Below, piece after piece: positions 9,801 through 18,000 of a stretch of 58,872 bases of DNA. The notes below the pieces were generated by a model that made no database searches, was not told the origin of the DNA, and saw only the letters and a list, made by a program, of their open reading frames with translations. The DNA comes from a virus (taxonomy: Duplodnaviria > Caudoviricetes): the IMG/VR virus record IMGVR_UViG_3300032896_000005, positions 1 to 58,872 of that record. The stretch is one strand, 5' to 3'. Each line of letters begins with the position of its first letter. The stretch's first letter is position 1. Both the position numbers and the translations under genes were made by a program.

Positions 9801-10388
9801 CTACGGGCAGGGCGTGCGCAGCGTGTGGAAATGAAATCTTCACTTACCGAGCCGATATTGCAAAGTACTGTGGTAGAAAGTGTGCGAAACAAGCGCAATA
9901 TCGTAGAGCCTGTCTACGATCTGACAGTTGAAGACGCACACGAGTTCTTCGCCAACGGGGTGCTTGTGCATAACTGCATGATGACGCCGGAGCAGGACCG
10001 GCTGCGTCATGATGACCGCGCCGACGCGATGATCTGGGCTGTCAGCGAGTTGCGGGGGATCACGGACGGGTCATGGTCGGAGGCGTACGGGTGGGTGTAC
10101 TGCAATTCGTGCGGGCACGGGTTCGCGCGGTTGCACCGGAAATGCCCGAAATGCGGGCATAACATTGACCCTGCGGGGGATTCTTCGTCGCGGAGCCCGG
10201 GGAGCTGGGCGTCAGCGTACATGAACTATTGCAAGAAATGCGGGAGTAATTTCAGTTTCCGGGAGAAGGAATGCCCGAATTGCAGTCCGCCGCCGGGGGC
10301 GTCCCTGGCGTTGGTGGGGCAGTACACGGGGAAGCAGAACTGGCTGACGTTCAAGCAGAACAACTGGCTGACGGGACGAAAATTCTAG
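6831..10388 (+). CDS. terL: Terminase large subunit precursor with two inteins (first in-frame ATG at 6942; protein-like frame extends to ~6831)
   Basis: Spliced Walker A GRG/CGKT, Walker B AWLDE, TTTP coupling motif, nuclease motifs VAVDP, DESG, EANQGG, HDDRADA. Confidence 0.93.
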   Translation, partial: VAYDLPSDFDDWPDAVKKYFIDELHKKIPKPPRPWYTMARPKQLPPDHPRHHLPDKNGYRCRWVDKEGVTHLCQGQADWFIWLFMAGRGCVAGETRIYLPMEGRHERIDVLARAGRPITVLSLTEDGARAVRTDGAPFVRGADQLYRVSLADGSVITVTGRHRFLTPQGWRRFADVRVGQLLAGGAPVPPEGGSSSLSGFPADARRWKNTVADSRSGYPRYHRYGGQPPQSEVDNDQENAPSPDGADAHIQMMSHADDRVPSRECTHLHLQNSLRARSNYAPGGLSLPAVAGLALLDAGELFPRRSLVSQPFHDTSAAASGNNAGVPRRGRIDGPLTSVSGWREFSGDRAVGLRLSGGHDLPSGRKHRAVLLDLSDSHLPDSALSVPGAAQEEHGKTLATACADAITWARVAAITPAGMGLFYDMTVPGAENYAAEGLWNHNCGKTLAGANWIIEQALTYPGTRWAVVAPTYDQVQNVCFAAVDSGIRAQAQPGELVDYNKNNMLLTMSNGSEIKGFSAENPERVRGYNLAGAWLDEVGSYRYRSIWDEVLQPALRKGDPKVIVTTTPSASPLLKEWYERWLSHAKKGETCDIHLTSAVFKENDTLPPKRVEDLERQYGGTRIGRQELEGEMLEDFEGALWRREFIEAHRVKESGFFHENGKLKTELFSRIVVAVDPSMTSGERSDESGIIIAGQGTDNEAYIIADWSVNGTPEMVMGRAVAAYYEFYADCVVMEANQGGDYLTKALRTADPNVPPRIVRASKGKLIRAQPVSMLAEQGRLHHIGTFQKLEDQLCLAAGTLITVPAGKIPIESVIAGEKVLTRKGWRSVTSVSCTGVRGTVEIETGIGNLVCTPDHPVFVEEIGWVEAGFLRPGDKLVTCLEKLSDLTSSSTARSISLRTPDITGQVVLEEDGSCTVISGKTPTGLSLTDITFTIKTMIRVTTGSPISLRSPLLTMFAPTGYAEHGRSLDNHRHPSPGESGNVESPSGLFLRAGRAQRVEMKSSLTEPILQSTVVESVRNKRNIVEPVYDLTVEDAHEFFANGVLVHNCMMTPEQDRLRHDDRADAMIWAVSELRGITDGSWSEAYGWVYCNSCGHGFARLHRKCPKCGHNIDPAGDSSSRSPGSWASAYMNYCKKCGSNFSFREKECPNCSPPPGASLALVGQYTGKQNWLTFKQNNWLTGRKF
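7098..8156 (+). mobile_element. Intein 1 (353 aa) inserted in the TerL Walker A motif
   Basis: Begins CVAGETRI; block B TGRHRF; ends YDMTVPGAENYAAEGLWNHN followed by Cys. Confidence 0.92.
7297..8034 (-). CDS. HNH homing endonuclease with N-terminal HTH repeats, antisense within intein 1
   Basis: WRGG...DGY...HP.A...YVRQHRLVME..LGRYL...EVVDHRNGD..DNRIENL; leaderless TGaTAGCAT-N6-ATG. Confidence 0.9.
   Translation of the reverse strand: MPSPGSSRVPPELLPELIERYQAGENLKDLAEQLGVSYQTVGRALQRAGVRLRGHRKTPATRKRMSEARRFYLDEERLRYFHSQQLTCREMAEILDCDEETVRQRLVELDLPRLEAKARPERNYFWRGGYSVDEDGYILVKAPGHPHATSSGYVRQHRLVMEHFLGRYLLPTEVVDHRNGDTSDNRIENLRLYSSNAAHLRETLIGKRNLPPEERERRRLEAVRRARQRIAAILAGSGSDDDPSQ
9213..9974 (+). 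mobile_element. Intein 2 (254 aa) in the TerL nuclease domain
   Basis: Begins CLAAGTLI; block B CTPDHPV; ends VYDLTVEDAHEFFANGVLVHN followed by Cys. Confidence 0.92.
9467..9931 (+). pseudogene. Decayed HNH endonuclease plus Zn finger in the -1 frame inside intein 2
   Basis: LHRDIWEDAYGPIPDGYHIHHKDHDKGHNWLSNL and CAACG...KYCGRKC; internal stops at 9485, 9740, 9773. Confidence 0.85.
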
Positions 10389-10503
10389 AGTGCGGCGCGG
10401 AGACGGTCATCATCGCTGACTGCGGGCGGATGAAACTTCGCTGTACACTCAAAGGTAAGCACAAGATGCATTTTGACGGGGCTTTCTCCAAGGAATGGCA
10501 GGA

Positions 10504-10746
10504 ATGGCCAGCCGACTTATACTGATTCCTGATGAAGGATTGTCCGAGGATGACAAGAGGGCTCTCCGCGCCAGGTTCGAGGATGACGCTTGCCGGTGGT
10601 GCGGCGGTCTCCATCAGCGGGAATGCCCGAGGGTGAAAAGGATCATTTTCAACCCTGCTGATGAACGGTCGGTGCGGGAGGTGGAGTTCTGGAATGATCT
10701 TGAGTGGGATCGGTCCGCTGTTTTGTGGCCGGAGGATCTGATCTGA
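10504..10746 (+). CDS. Small Cys/His protein
   Basis: CRWCGGLH..C; TGATG coupling to the next gene. Confidence 0.6.
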   Translation: MASRLILIPDEGLSEDDKRALRARFEDDACRWCGGLHQRECPRVKRIIFNPADERSVREVEFWNDLEWDRSAVLWPEDLI

Positions 10747-11003
10747 TGAAAACGCATGTCGGCCCTGCGGTTTCCCTCTCCGCGATCATCATCCGCGCCT
10801 GCTGGGTGTGCGGGGGGAAACGGGAGCTGGGGAAACCCTGCGGGGCCTGCGGATGCGCTGATCCTGCGGAGGTGACGGATCTTGGGGTGATCGCGTCTCA
10901 TCAGGGGTCCCGGTGGAAGCGGCTGAAATGGAATCTGTTCGGTTATCACGTCGCTCAGCGGCGGATAAGGAAAGCAAACAAGATGATGCTGAGGAAGGCG
11001 TGA
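10746..11003 (+). CDS. Small zinc-ribbon protein
   Basis: CWVC...CGAC. Confidence 0.6.
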   Translation: MKTHVGPAVSLSAIIIRACWVCGGKRELGKPCGACGCADPAEVTDLGVIASHQGSRWKRLKWNLFGYHVAQRRIRKANKMMLRKA

Positions 11004-11019
11004 TTGTCTGGCGAACAAT

Positions 11020-11703
11020 GTGAACGTGGTCAACCGGGGTTTCGAGTACATCTGCCAGTGGATGTCCGGGACCGCGACCACCGCCGGGTGGACTTACCCG
11101 ACCTATGTGGGGTGGGGCGGCGCGAACGGATACAACTCTGTGTCCACGGCTCTCCCCGCTTCTCAGCCGTCCACGGTGATCACCACGGGGCAATGGTCTG
11201 ACATCGCCCCGTATCAGGAATTCTCCGAGGCGCGTGTGGTTGGCACCGCGACGGTCACCGGCAACACAGTCGCCGCCGGGTCCGTCACCACTCAGGTGAC
11301 CGCCACTCTCACTGCTTCCACGGGGGAGTCTGTCGGGGAGTCTTTCCTGGCGTTCACCTCGACTAAGCCGTCTGCTTATATCGTCAGCAGCACTGTCGCC
11401 AGCGGGTCCGGATCGTTGACGATCACCACGAGCGCGGGCGCTAACGGCTATTACCAGCTTAACAATGAGGTAATTCAGGTTACCAACGTCGCGACGAGCG
11501 TGTGGACTATCACCCGCGCTCAGAACGGGTCGGTGGCGGGGACTGCTAAGTCCGGTGATGTGGTGACGTTGGGGAACGTCCCCGGCGCTGGTCCGGGTAA
11601 CCCGAATCACGCTGATTTGTTCGCGCATGCGGGTTTCACGCAGCTCGCGCTGAACTCCGGTGATTCCATTGCTTTCACGTGGGCGATTAACGTCACCAGC
11701 TAA
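11020..11703 (+). CDS. Putative virion structural protein, Ser/Thr-rich
   Basis: YVGWG...E.RV.GT and C-terminal LNSGDSIAFTW.I typical of phage tail/decoration proteins; true start may be CTG at 11008. Confidence 0.7.
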   Translation: MNVVNRGFEYICQWMSGTATTAGWTYPTYVGWGGANGYNSVSTALPASQPSTVITTGQWSDIAPYQEFSEARVVGTATVTGNTVAAGSVTTQVTATLTASTGESVGESFLAFTSTKPSAYIVSSTVASGSGSLTITTSAGANGYYQLNNEVIQVTNVATSVWTITRAQNGSVAGTAKSGDVVTLGNVPGAGPGNPNHADLFAHAGFTQLALNSGDSIAFTWAINVTS

Positions 11704-11722
11704 AAGGAAGGGGGAGAGACCC

Positions 11723-12316
11723 TTGAGTTTCGTGTACGGCACCAACGTTGAGCTGCTTTACAGTATGCCCGCGATCGGCGCGACCCTCGCCGCGACGGCT
11801 GTCACCTGCGTCAGCGGCACGTCAGCGACCGCCGCTCCTTTCCTGATGCCTCCTCTGCAGAACATCTGGTCCCCTTCGCAGATGCAGGGGAAATCGTTGA
11901 TGGTCGTCGCGAACGGCGGTTATGACGTCAGCGCTAACACGGGTAATAAGATCAGTCTCATCTTGGATTCCGCGTTGGCGACGACCGCTGCGAGCAGCGT
12001 CACGGTCGCGAGCACGGGGTCTAACACTTTCCCGACGTCGACGACGGGGGCGTGGGAGATTCAGTTGTGGATGTCGTGTGTTTCGACGGGCACTGTCTCA
12101 ACATGGTATCCGGGGGGGACTATGACATGCGGGCCGGGGAGCAGCAACGTCACCGCGTCGTCGACGTTCGTGTGGGGTTCGACTATCACCGCCGGGATCC
12201 CTCAGGTGGTGACTATCCCGACCACCGTTTCGTATTATGTGGATTTGTATTCGCAGTGGGCGACCGCGCCGACCGCTTTCGTGGTGTCCACGTTCCAAGT
12301 TTACGCGATGAACTAA
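11723..12316 (+). CDS. Putative virion structural protein, Ser/Thr-rich
   Basis: TTG after a purine-rich SD; beta-strand S/T/G/V composition. Confidence 0.65.
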   Translation: MSFVYGTNVELLYSMPAIGATLAATAVTCVSGTSATAAPFLMPPLQNIWSPSQMQGKSLMVVANGGYDVSANTGNKISLILDSALATTAASSVTVASTGSNTFPTSTTGAWEIQLWMSCVSTGTVSTWYPGGTMTCGPGSSNVTASSTFVWGSTITAGIPQVVTIPTTVSYYVDLYSQWATAPTAFVVSTFQVYAMN

Positions 12317-12357
12317 ACGGGAATCCGGGGAACCGCGTAGTTTAACACGGAGGGTTT

Positions 12358-14574
12358 ATGGCTGTCGCCTTTGACGCTGTAGGCCCTTCCTCATCGGGAG
12401 CTGGCAACACCAGCTCCGCGTCGCTCACCTACACGCACACCGCTGTGGGCAGCGGCGTGGCTTTGGTCGCCGGCTGCGCGGTCGGCGTGATCGGCGACGG
12501 CGGTTATACGGTGACCGCCACCTGCGATGGCGTTTCGATGACGGCGCTGACCGCGATCATCCACGCGGACGGGGAGCCTGACGGGTTCATTCAGGTGTTC
12601 GGGTTGCCGGATATCGCTTCGGGTGCGCACACGATCGTTTTCACGGCGTCCGGGGGGACGCCCGTGTCGTTGTCGGGGGGGTCGGTGTCGTTCACCGGCG
12701 CGGACCTGGTTTCCCCATTCGGCACGTCGGCCACCGCCTTCGGCGACAGCGCTTCCGCTTCCGCTTCGATCACGGCTTCTTCTAGTTCAAGCCAGATTTT
12801 CGCGATGGTCGGCGACGGGTCCGGGTCAGCTTCCGGCTGGGGTGCCACCGCGACTTCCCGGTGGGTGAATAACGAGTCGACGGGATCCGGCTGCGGCAGC
12901 AGCGAGGGTGCGTCGGTCGCGGCGACGGGCGTCTCGCAGACGATCACCGATTCGATCACCTCTGATTTCTGGGCGCTTGCGCTGGTTGAGGTCAAAGCGC
13001 CGTCCGTTCCGTTTCCGAGCTGGCATGCGCGGTTCTCCCCGTCGCATCTGACCCGGTACCGTCACGGTCATTTCGGGTCTGCCCCCCGGCAGACCCCGTA
13101 TACGGCGTCTGTTGCCGGGTATGTTCCGCAGCAGTACGCGGAGACGCTCGCCGGGGAGATCGTCTCCGCCGCCGTCGTTCAGAACGGCATCAGCCGGACG
13201 GTGGTTTCCCTGCTGACTGCCGGGGGGGTTGTCACACGCAACCTCACCCGGGTCCTGGCTGCCGCGCTGACGGCGGCCGGGGTTGTCTCCCGGGGTGCTG
13301 TCAGGTTCTTTCCCGCGCAGCTCGCCGTGACGGCTTCCGCTGTCGTCCCCCGAATCCGGGTTGCGTCGCTGATCGCGCAGGCTGCTGTTTACCCGGCAGC
13401 CGCGAAGACGGCAGGCCGGGTTCTCGCGGGGGCCGTCGTGATGTATTCGACGGTGACCCGTGATGTTTCACGGGGCATCACGGGTGCGGCGGCGGTCTCG
13501 GGGTCTGCGGGGAGGTTCATCAGCAGAGTTTTGACTGCGGTCGTCGCGGTGCCTGTCATGGTGGTGTTGCAGAAGTTCAGGCGGCTGCTCCTAACCGCCC
13601 TGACGGCTGTTGAGGGCACTGTCATCCGTCAGACGGGGAAAACCCTGTCCGGTGCTGCGGCGGGCGCTGTGGGGGTTCTCCGGCAGGCTGGACGGGGGTG
13701 CTCAGCGTCATTGGCGGTTGGCGTGGGGTTTACCCGGGGGGTTCTGCGGGCTGTCGCCGGCGGGGTTGCTGTTGTCGCGGGGTTGCTGACGAGCAGCGCT
13801 GTCACGCATTATCTCACGGTGGCGGGGGAGCTGGTGGTTTCGGCTGTCACCCGGAATCTCATTTCCAAAGGCATCGCCGCTCAGATAGCGGCTGCTGCGG
13901 TCGCTATCAGGAATATCAGCAGGACAGTCGCGGCTGCCGCCGTCACCGCCCCGTACATTATCAGGAATGTCACTCGTTCTTTCACAGCGCCTATTGCAGC
14001 CGCCGCGTCGACGGGTGTCATTAAAGCTCACTTGATTGTTTTGCAGGCTATCGCCGCTGTTAACGGGGTCATGACTCGCAGGGTACTTCCTAATATGATC
14101 GCGGCGGTTATAATGGGTGGTGTAGTCACCCGGAGCGTGAGTCGTGCGATCCAGGGTACATTCGTAGCAGCTGGACAGACGCTGCGGCGAACGGGTCGGG
14201 TGCTACCAACGGCCGCCACGGTCGCGGTGACGTATTCGAAGTTGCCGGGGAAGCTTCTGAACGCCCCCGCCGTCACCACTGTCGTCGTCTCCCGCGCCCT
14301 CGGGGAATTCATCAGCGCATCCGCGACGGTCATCGTGTCGGCTGTTACGAGAGCCGCGCATTTCCTGCGTTTCACTACGCTGGCAGCGGTCCCGTCGGCT
14401 GTGACGACTGTCAGCGGGAAACTTTACCAGGTCGTTCTCACCACGATCATGAACGTCACCCCTTCCGTTATCACGTCGTTTTTCTCCGGCGGACGGGAAA
14501 TCATCATGAGATACGGGGTTCTGACCACCGGCTGGGTGACGGGTGGTATCCGCCGGAACTGGAAGAACGGCTGA
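12358..14574 (+). CDS. Large putative structural protein with N-terminal beta domain and ~21-aa repeats
   Basis: 738-aa ORF with SD; recurring R..SR.L/I.(A/G)..AV units from about aa 270. Confidence 0.7.
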   Translation: MAVAFDAVGPSSSGAGNTSSASLTYTHTAVGSGVALVAGCAVGVIGDGGYTVTATCDGVSMTALTAIIHADGEPDGFIQVFGLPDIASGAHTIVFTASGGTPVSLSGGSVSFTGADLVSPFGTSATAFGDSASASASITASSSSSQIFAMVGDGSGSASGWGATATSRWVNNESTGSGCGSSEGASVAATGVSQTITDSITSDFWALALVEVKAPSVPFPSWHARFSPSHLTRYRHGHFGSAPRQTPYTASVAGYVPQQYAETLAGEIVSAAVVQNGISRTVVSLLTAGGVVTRNLTRVLAAALTAAGVVSRGAVRFFPAQLAVTASAVVPRIRVASLIAQAAVYPAAAKTAGRVLAGAVVMYSTVTRDVSRGITGAAAVSGSAGRFISRVLTAVVAVPVMVVLQKFRRLLLTALTAVEGTVIRQTGKTLSGAAAGAVGVLRQAGRGCSASLAVGVGFTRGVLRAVAGGVAVVAGLLTSSAVTHYLTVAGELVVSAVTRNLISKGIAAQIAAAAVAIRNISRTVAAAAVTAPYIIRNVTRSFTAPIAAAASTGVIKAHLIVLQAIAAVNGVMTRRVLPNMIAAVIMGGVVTRSVSRAIQGTFVAAGQTLRRTGRVLPTAATVAVTYSKLPGKLLNAPAVTTVVVSRALGEFISASATVIVSAVTRAAHFLRFTTLAAVPSAVTTVSGKLYQVVLTTIMNVTPSVITSFFSGGREIIMRYGVLTTGWVTGGIRRNWKNG

Positions 14575-14711
14575 CGGATAGTATTCTTATAATCACAGCG
14601 GATATCCCCATGCCCGCTTGCTGATAGGGGACTGTGGCTGATTACGTTGGTTGGACCGCCGGCATGCTGGAAACCCGCTGGGAATCACTCCTACTTTACC
14701 TAAGGTGGACT

Positions 14712-15047
14712 ATGGGCTATTCGACTGTCACCATTTCCCATTTGTCGACGGAGTACGTCCTCGTCCCGGTCGCCGCGACGAAGGAAGGTTCCTCCTATAA
14801 CCCTACGGGGGATGTCGTGACGATGGCGTTCATGCCGAACGCGGTGCAGCAGCCCGGTGTTTCCGATTGGCAGACGGCATCATGGGACACCGACACGTCG
14901 GACATCCTTTACCCGTACAGCGTGAAATGTCTCGTCGGGCCGGCGGGGGTTATCACTTTGGTTCAGGGGAGTTACAGCATTTACGTGAAAATCGTGGATA
15001 ACCCGGAGACGCCTGTGCTGAGCTGCGGGCAGCTGGTTATAAGTTGA
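14712..15047 (+). CDS. Ig-like/BppU-N-like structural protein (alternative start 14634)
   Basis: DW.TASW...CLVGP..V.L..G.Y..YVKI.DNPETPV pattern. Confidence 0.65.
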   Translation: MGYSTVTISHLSTEYVLVPVAATKEGSSYNPTGDVVTMAFMPNAVQQPGVSDWQTASWDTDTSDILYPYSVKCLVGPAGVITLVQGSYSIYVKIVDNPETPVLSCGQLVIS

Positions 15048-15057
15048 GGGAGCGTTT

Positions 15058-18000
15058 ATGGTCACGAAAACCCGCGTCGCGTTGGCGTTGAAGGCTGTGC
15101 CGGGGACGAGGGGCAGCATCGCGCCGCAGGCGTCGGGGTACGGGCGGATCAGCCCGGTGCAGTCGGAGGCGTATTTCAACAATCCGTACCGGAACACTTA
15201 CGGGCCTTTCCTGCCGCGTAACCCTGCGGTGTTCTCGGATGGCGCGTTCGGGCCTATGCCGCCTATCCAGCCGGTGCCGGTGGATCAGCCGCCTTCGGGG
15301 GGGATGTTCCCGGATCCGCGTTGGTGGCAGTACACGCAAGGGTGGAACCTCCCGACCCCGCCTGGGACCGAGGGACTGAAACTGGCGTCGTTTGATCAGC
15401 TGAAAACATTGTCGGAGAAGTACTCGGTCGCGCGTGCGTGCATCACTTTGCGGATCGATGAGATCCTCGGCCTCGGCTGGGAGATCGGGCTCACCAAGGA
15501 GGCTGCGAAGGCGTATCAGGGGGATCATCACGCTAACCGGGACGCGGGGGAGCGGATCGGGCGGCTGACGAAATTTTTCCGTCGCCCTGACCCTAATTAT
15601 TTCACGTTCAACTCGTTCCTGTCAGCGTGCCTTGAGGAAATTTTCGTTTACGACGCTCTCGCGCTGATCATGCGGCCGAAATTCGGGGAGCAGTTCGGGA
15701 TGGGCGGCCGGGGTCTCCTCGGGAGCGCTTTCGACAGTCTCCGTCTGGTGTCGGGGCCTACCATCCGTCCGTTGCTTGATTTGCACGGCGGTCATCCCGC
15801 CCCTCCGAACCCTGCTTTCCAGCAGTTCCTGTACGGGGTGCCGAGGAGTGATTACCCGACGATCATCGGCGGATACGATATTGATGATTCGGGGTTGGCG
15901 GGGTCTGAGTATAACAGTTTCAATATTGACGTGATGCGGTACGAGCCGTTGTGGACGCGGCGGGAGACACCGTATGGGTTCCCGCCGATTGAGCGGGCGC
16001 TCCTGCCGATTATCTCGGGGTTGCAGAAGCAGGAGTACCAGCTGGACTACTTCACCGAAGGGAGCGTCCCGGCGGTGTATATTTCGCCGGGGGACGCGAA
16101 TATCACCGCGACGCAGGTGAAGGAACTTCAGGATGCGCTGAACGGCATCGCGGGGGACCCCGCGTTCCACATGAAAGTTGTTGTTCTTCCCCCGGGGTCG
16201 AAGGTTGAGCCGCAGCGGCCGGTGGATTTGTCGGACGGGTTCGATCAGCTGATCATGACGCAGGTGTGCATGGCTTTCGATGTGCAGCCGATTGAACTTG
16301 GGATCCTCCCGAATATCGGCTCTGGGGGGGCGCAGGGGGCGTCAGCTTCCGCGATCCGCCTGGGTTCGCAGGAGGCCCGGGAGGTTAAGTCGCGGAAGTC
16401 AACGAAGCCGCTGCTGCATTATCTGACGGACATTTTCAATCATATTATCCAGGACACCTGCCATTGTGATGATCTGCAGTTCCAGTTCGAGGGCTTGGCG
16501 GATGACGAGGATAAGCAGGCGATCACGGAGCTGGGGGTTCAGCAGGTTCAGAACGGCATCGCGAGTATCGATGAGGTGAGGGACCGTCTGGATTTGGCTC
16601 CGTGGGGGTTGTCGGAGACAAGCGAGCCGGTGGTGTTCACCGCGCAGGGTCCGATCCCGTTCAGTATGGCCCCGCAGCTCATCGCGGCGATGCAGGGAGC
16701 CCAGCAGGGAGGTGCAGGGGGTGGGAATAACCGCACGCAGAGCACGAATTCAGGGCAGCGGACTGCTTCTTCTCGTTCCACTTCCAAGCAGCCGACGGTC
16801 CGGCAAGGTGGTCAGACGAAACCTAACGGTTCTCATCCGGCTCCGCTGTCCCCGCATCGGGAGTCCCTCACCCCTGCTCATTCGGCGGCGGGTGGTGCGG
16901 TCCAGTCATCCACTCCAAGAACGGGCGGTACCACTTCTCGTTCAAGTGTTGCTGGCTCCCGGAAGAAAGCGGTCGAGGCGGAGCTTTCCTCTCTAGGCAG
17001 GCATCTGCGTAAGGGCCGGGATATCAGCACATGGGAGCCGGCGCATATCACCCAGGGGACACTGGAGAATGTCACGGGGTTCCTCGCTGACGGGTATCTG
17101 ACGGACGTCGCCCTGCGTAAGGCGGGGGAACTGCACCTCGCCCAATTCGACGAAGAGGATCCTGTCATCAAAATTGAGCAGGACCCCCCGATGTGGCCCG
17201 GGTGGGCTCATGACCTCGCCATCGTCGACACCTACAAGGGGCTTGTCGCGGATGCGTTCAAGGCAGCGGACGTGACCGCATCTGAGTTGCGTCAGAAGGC
17301 CGCCAGCGGGCGCATGTTCGTGAGCGGGCCTACTTTGCGGGGTTTGATCTCCGATGGTGTCCGTGACACGTTCATGGAGGTTCTGAAGCCCCTGTGGGCG
17401 GAAGCCTACTCAGCCGGGTATGCGTCGGCGAAGTTCCTGGTGACGGGGGAGGAACCTGATTTCGGGACGATCAAGCGCGGCCCTAACCTGCAGAGCTTCT
17501 GTGAGACGGAAGGCGCGCATTGGCTGGATCAGATCAGCCGGACGGGGTTGAAGGACGTATCCGCCCGGATACCCGCCATCGCGCGGACTGAGGTTGCCCG
17601 TGCTATGAACGCAGGCGCGATTCAGGCGTACCGGGATAATAATGTTCAGTATAAGCATCTTCTGGTCGCGCCGGATGACACCTGTGATATTTGCAAGTCG
17701 GCTGAGGAGGAGGGGGATATCCCTCTTGACGCTATCTTCCCGTCCGGTGGTCTCGGCGGGCCTTTCCACCCGAATTGTCGTTGCGTCCCGGCTCCTGCGG
17801 GGGTCGATTTGATCCCTCCGCAGGCCGCTAAAGCTGAATGGGCTGATCTTCAGCCTGTTATGATGGGATTCCAGGGACCGATCCCTTTCGAAATGGAACC
17901 TCAGGTAATCAAAGTTCAGGAAGATGAACACACTCTCTGCTGGTTGCTCCTGAGAGCCCGTGATGAGGACGGGAAATACCGTTTCCTTCTTCAGCAGAGA

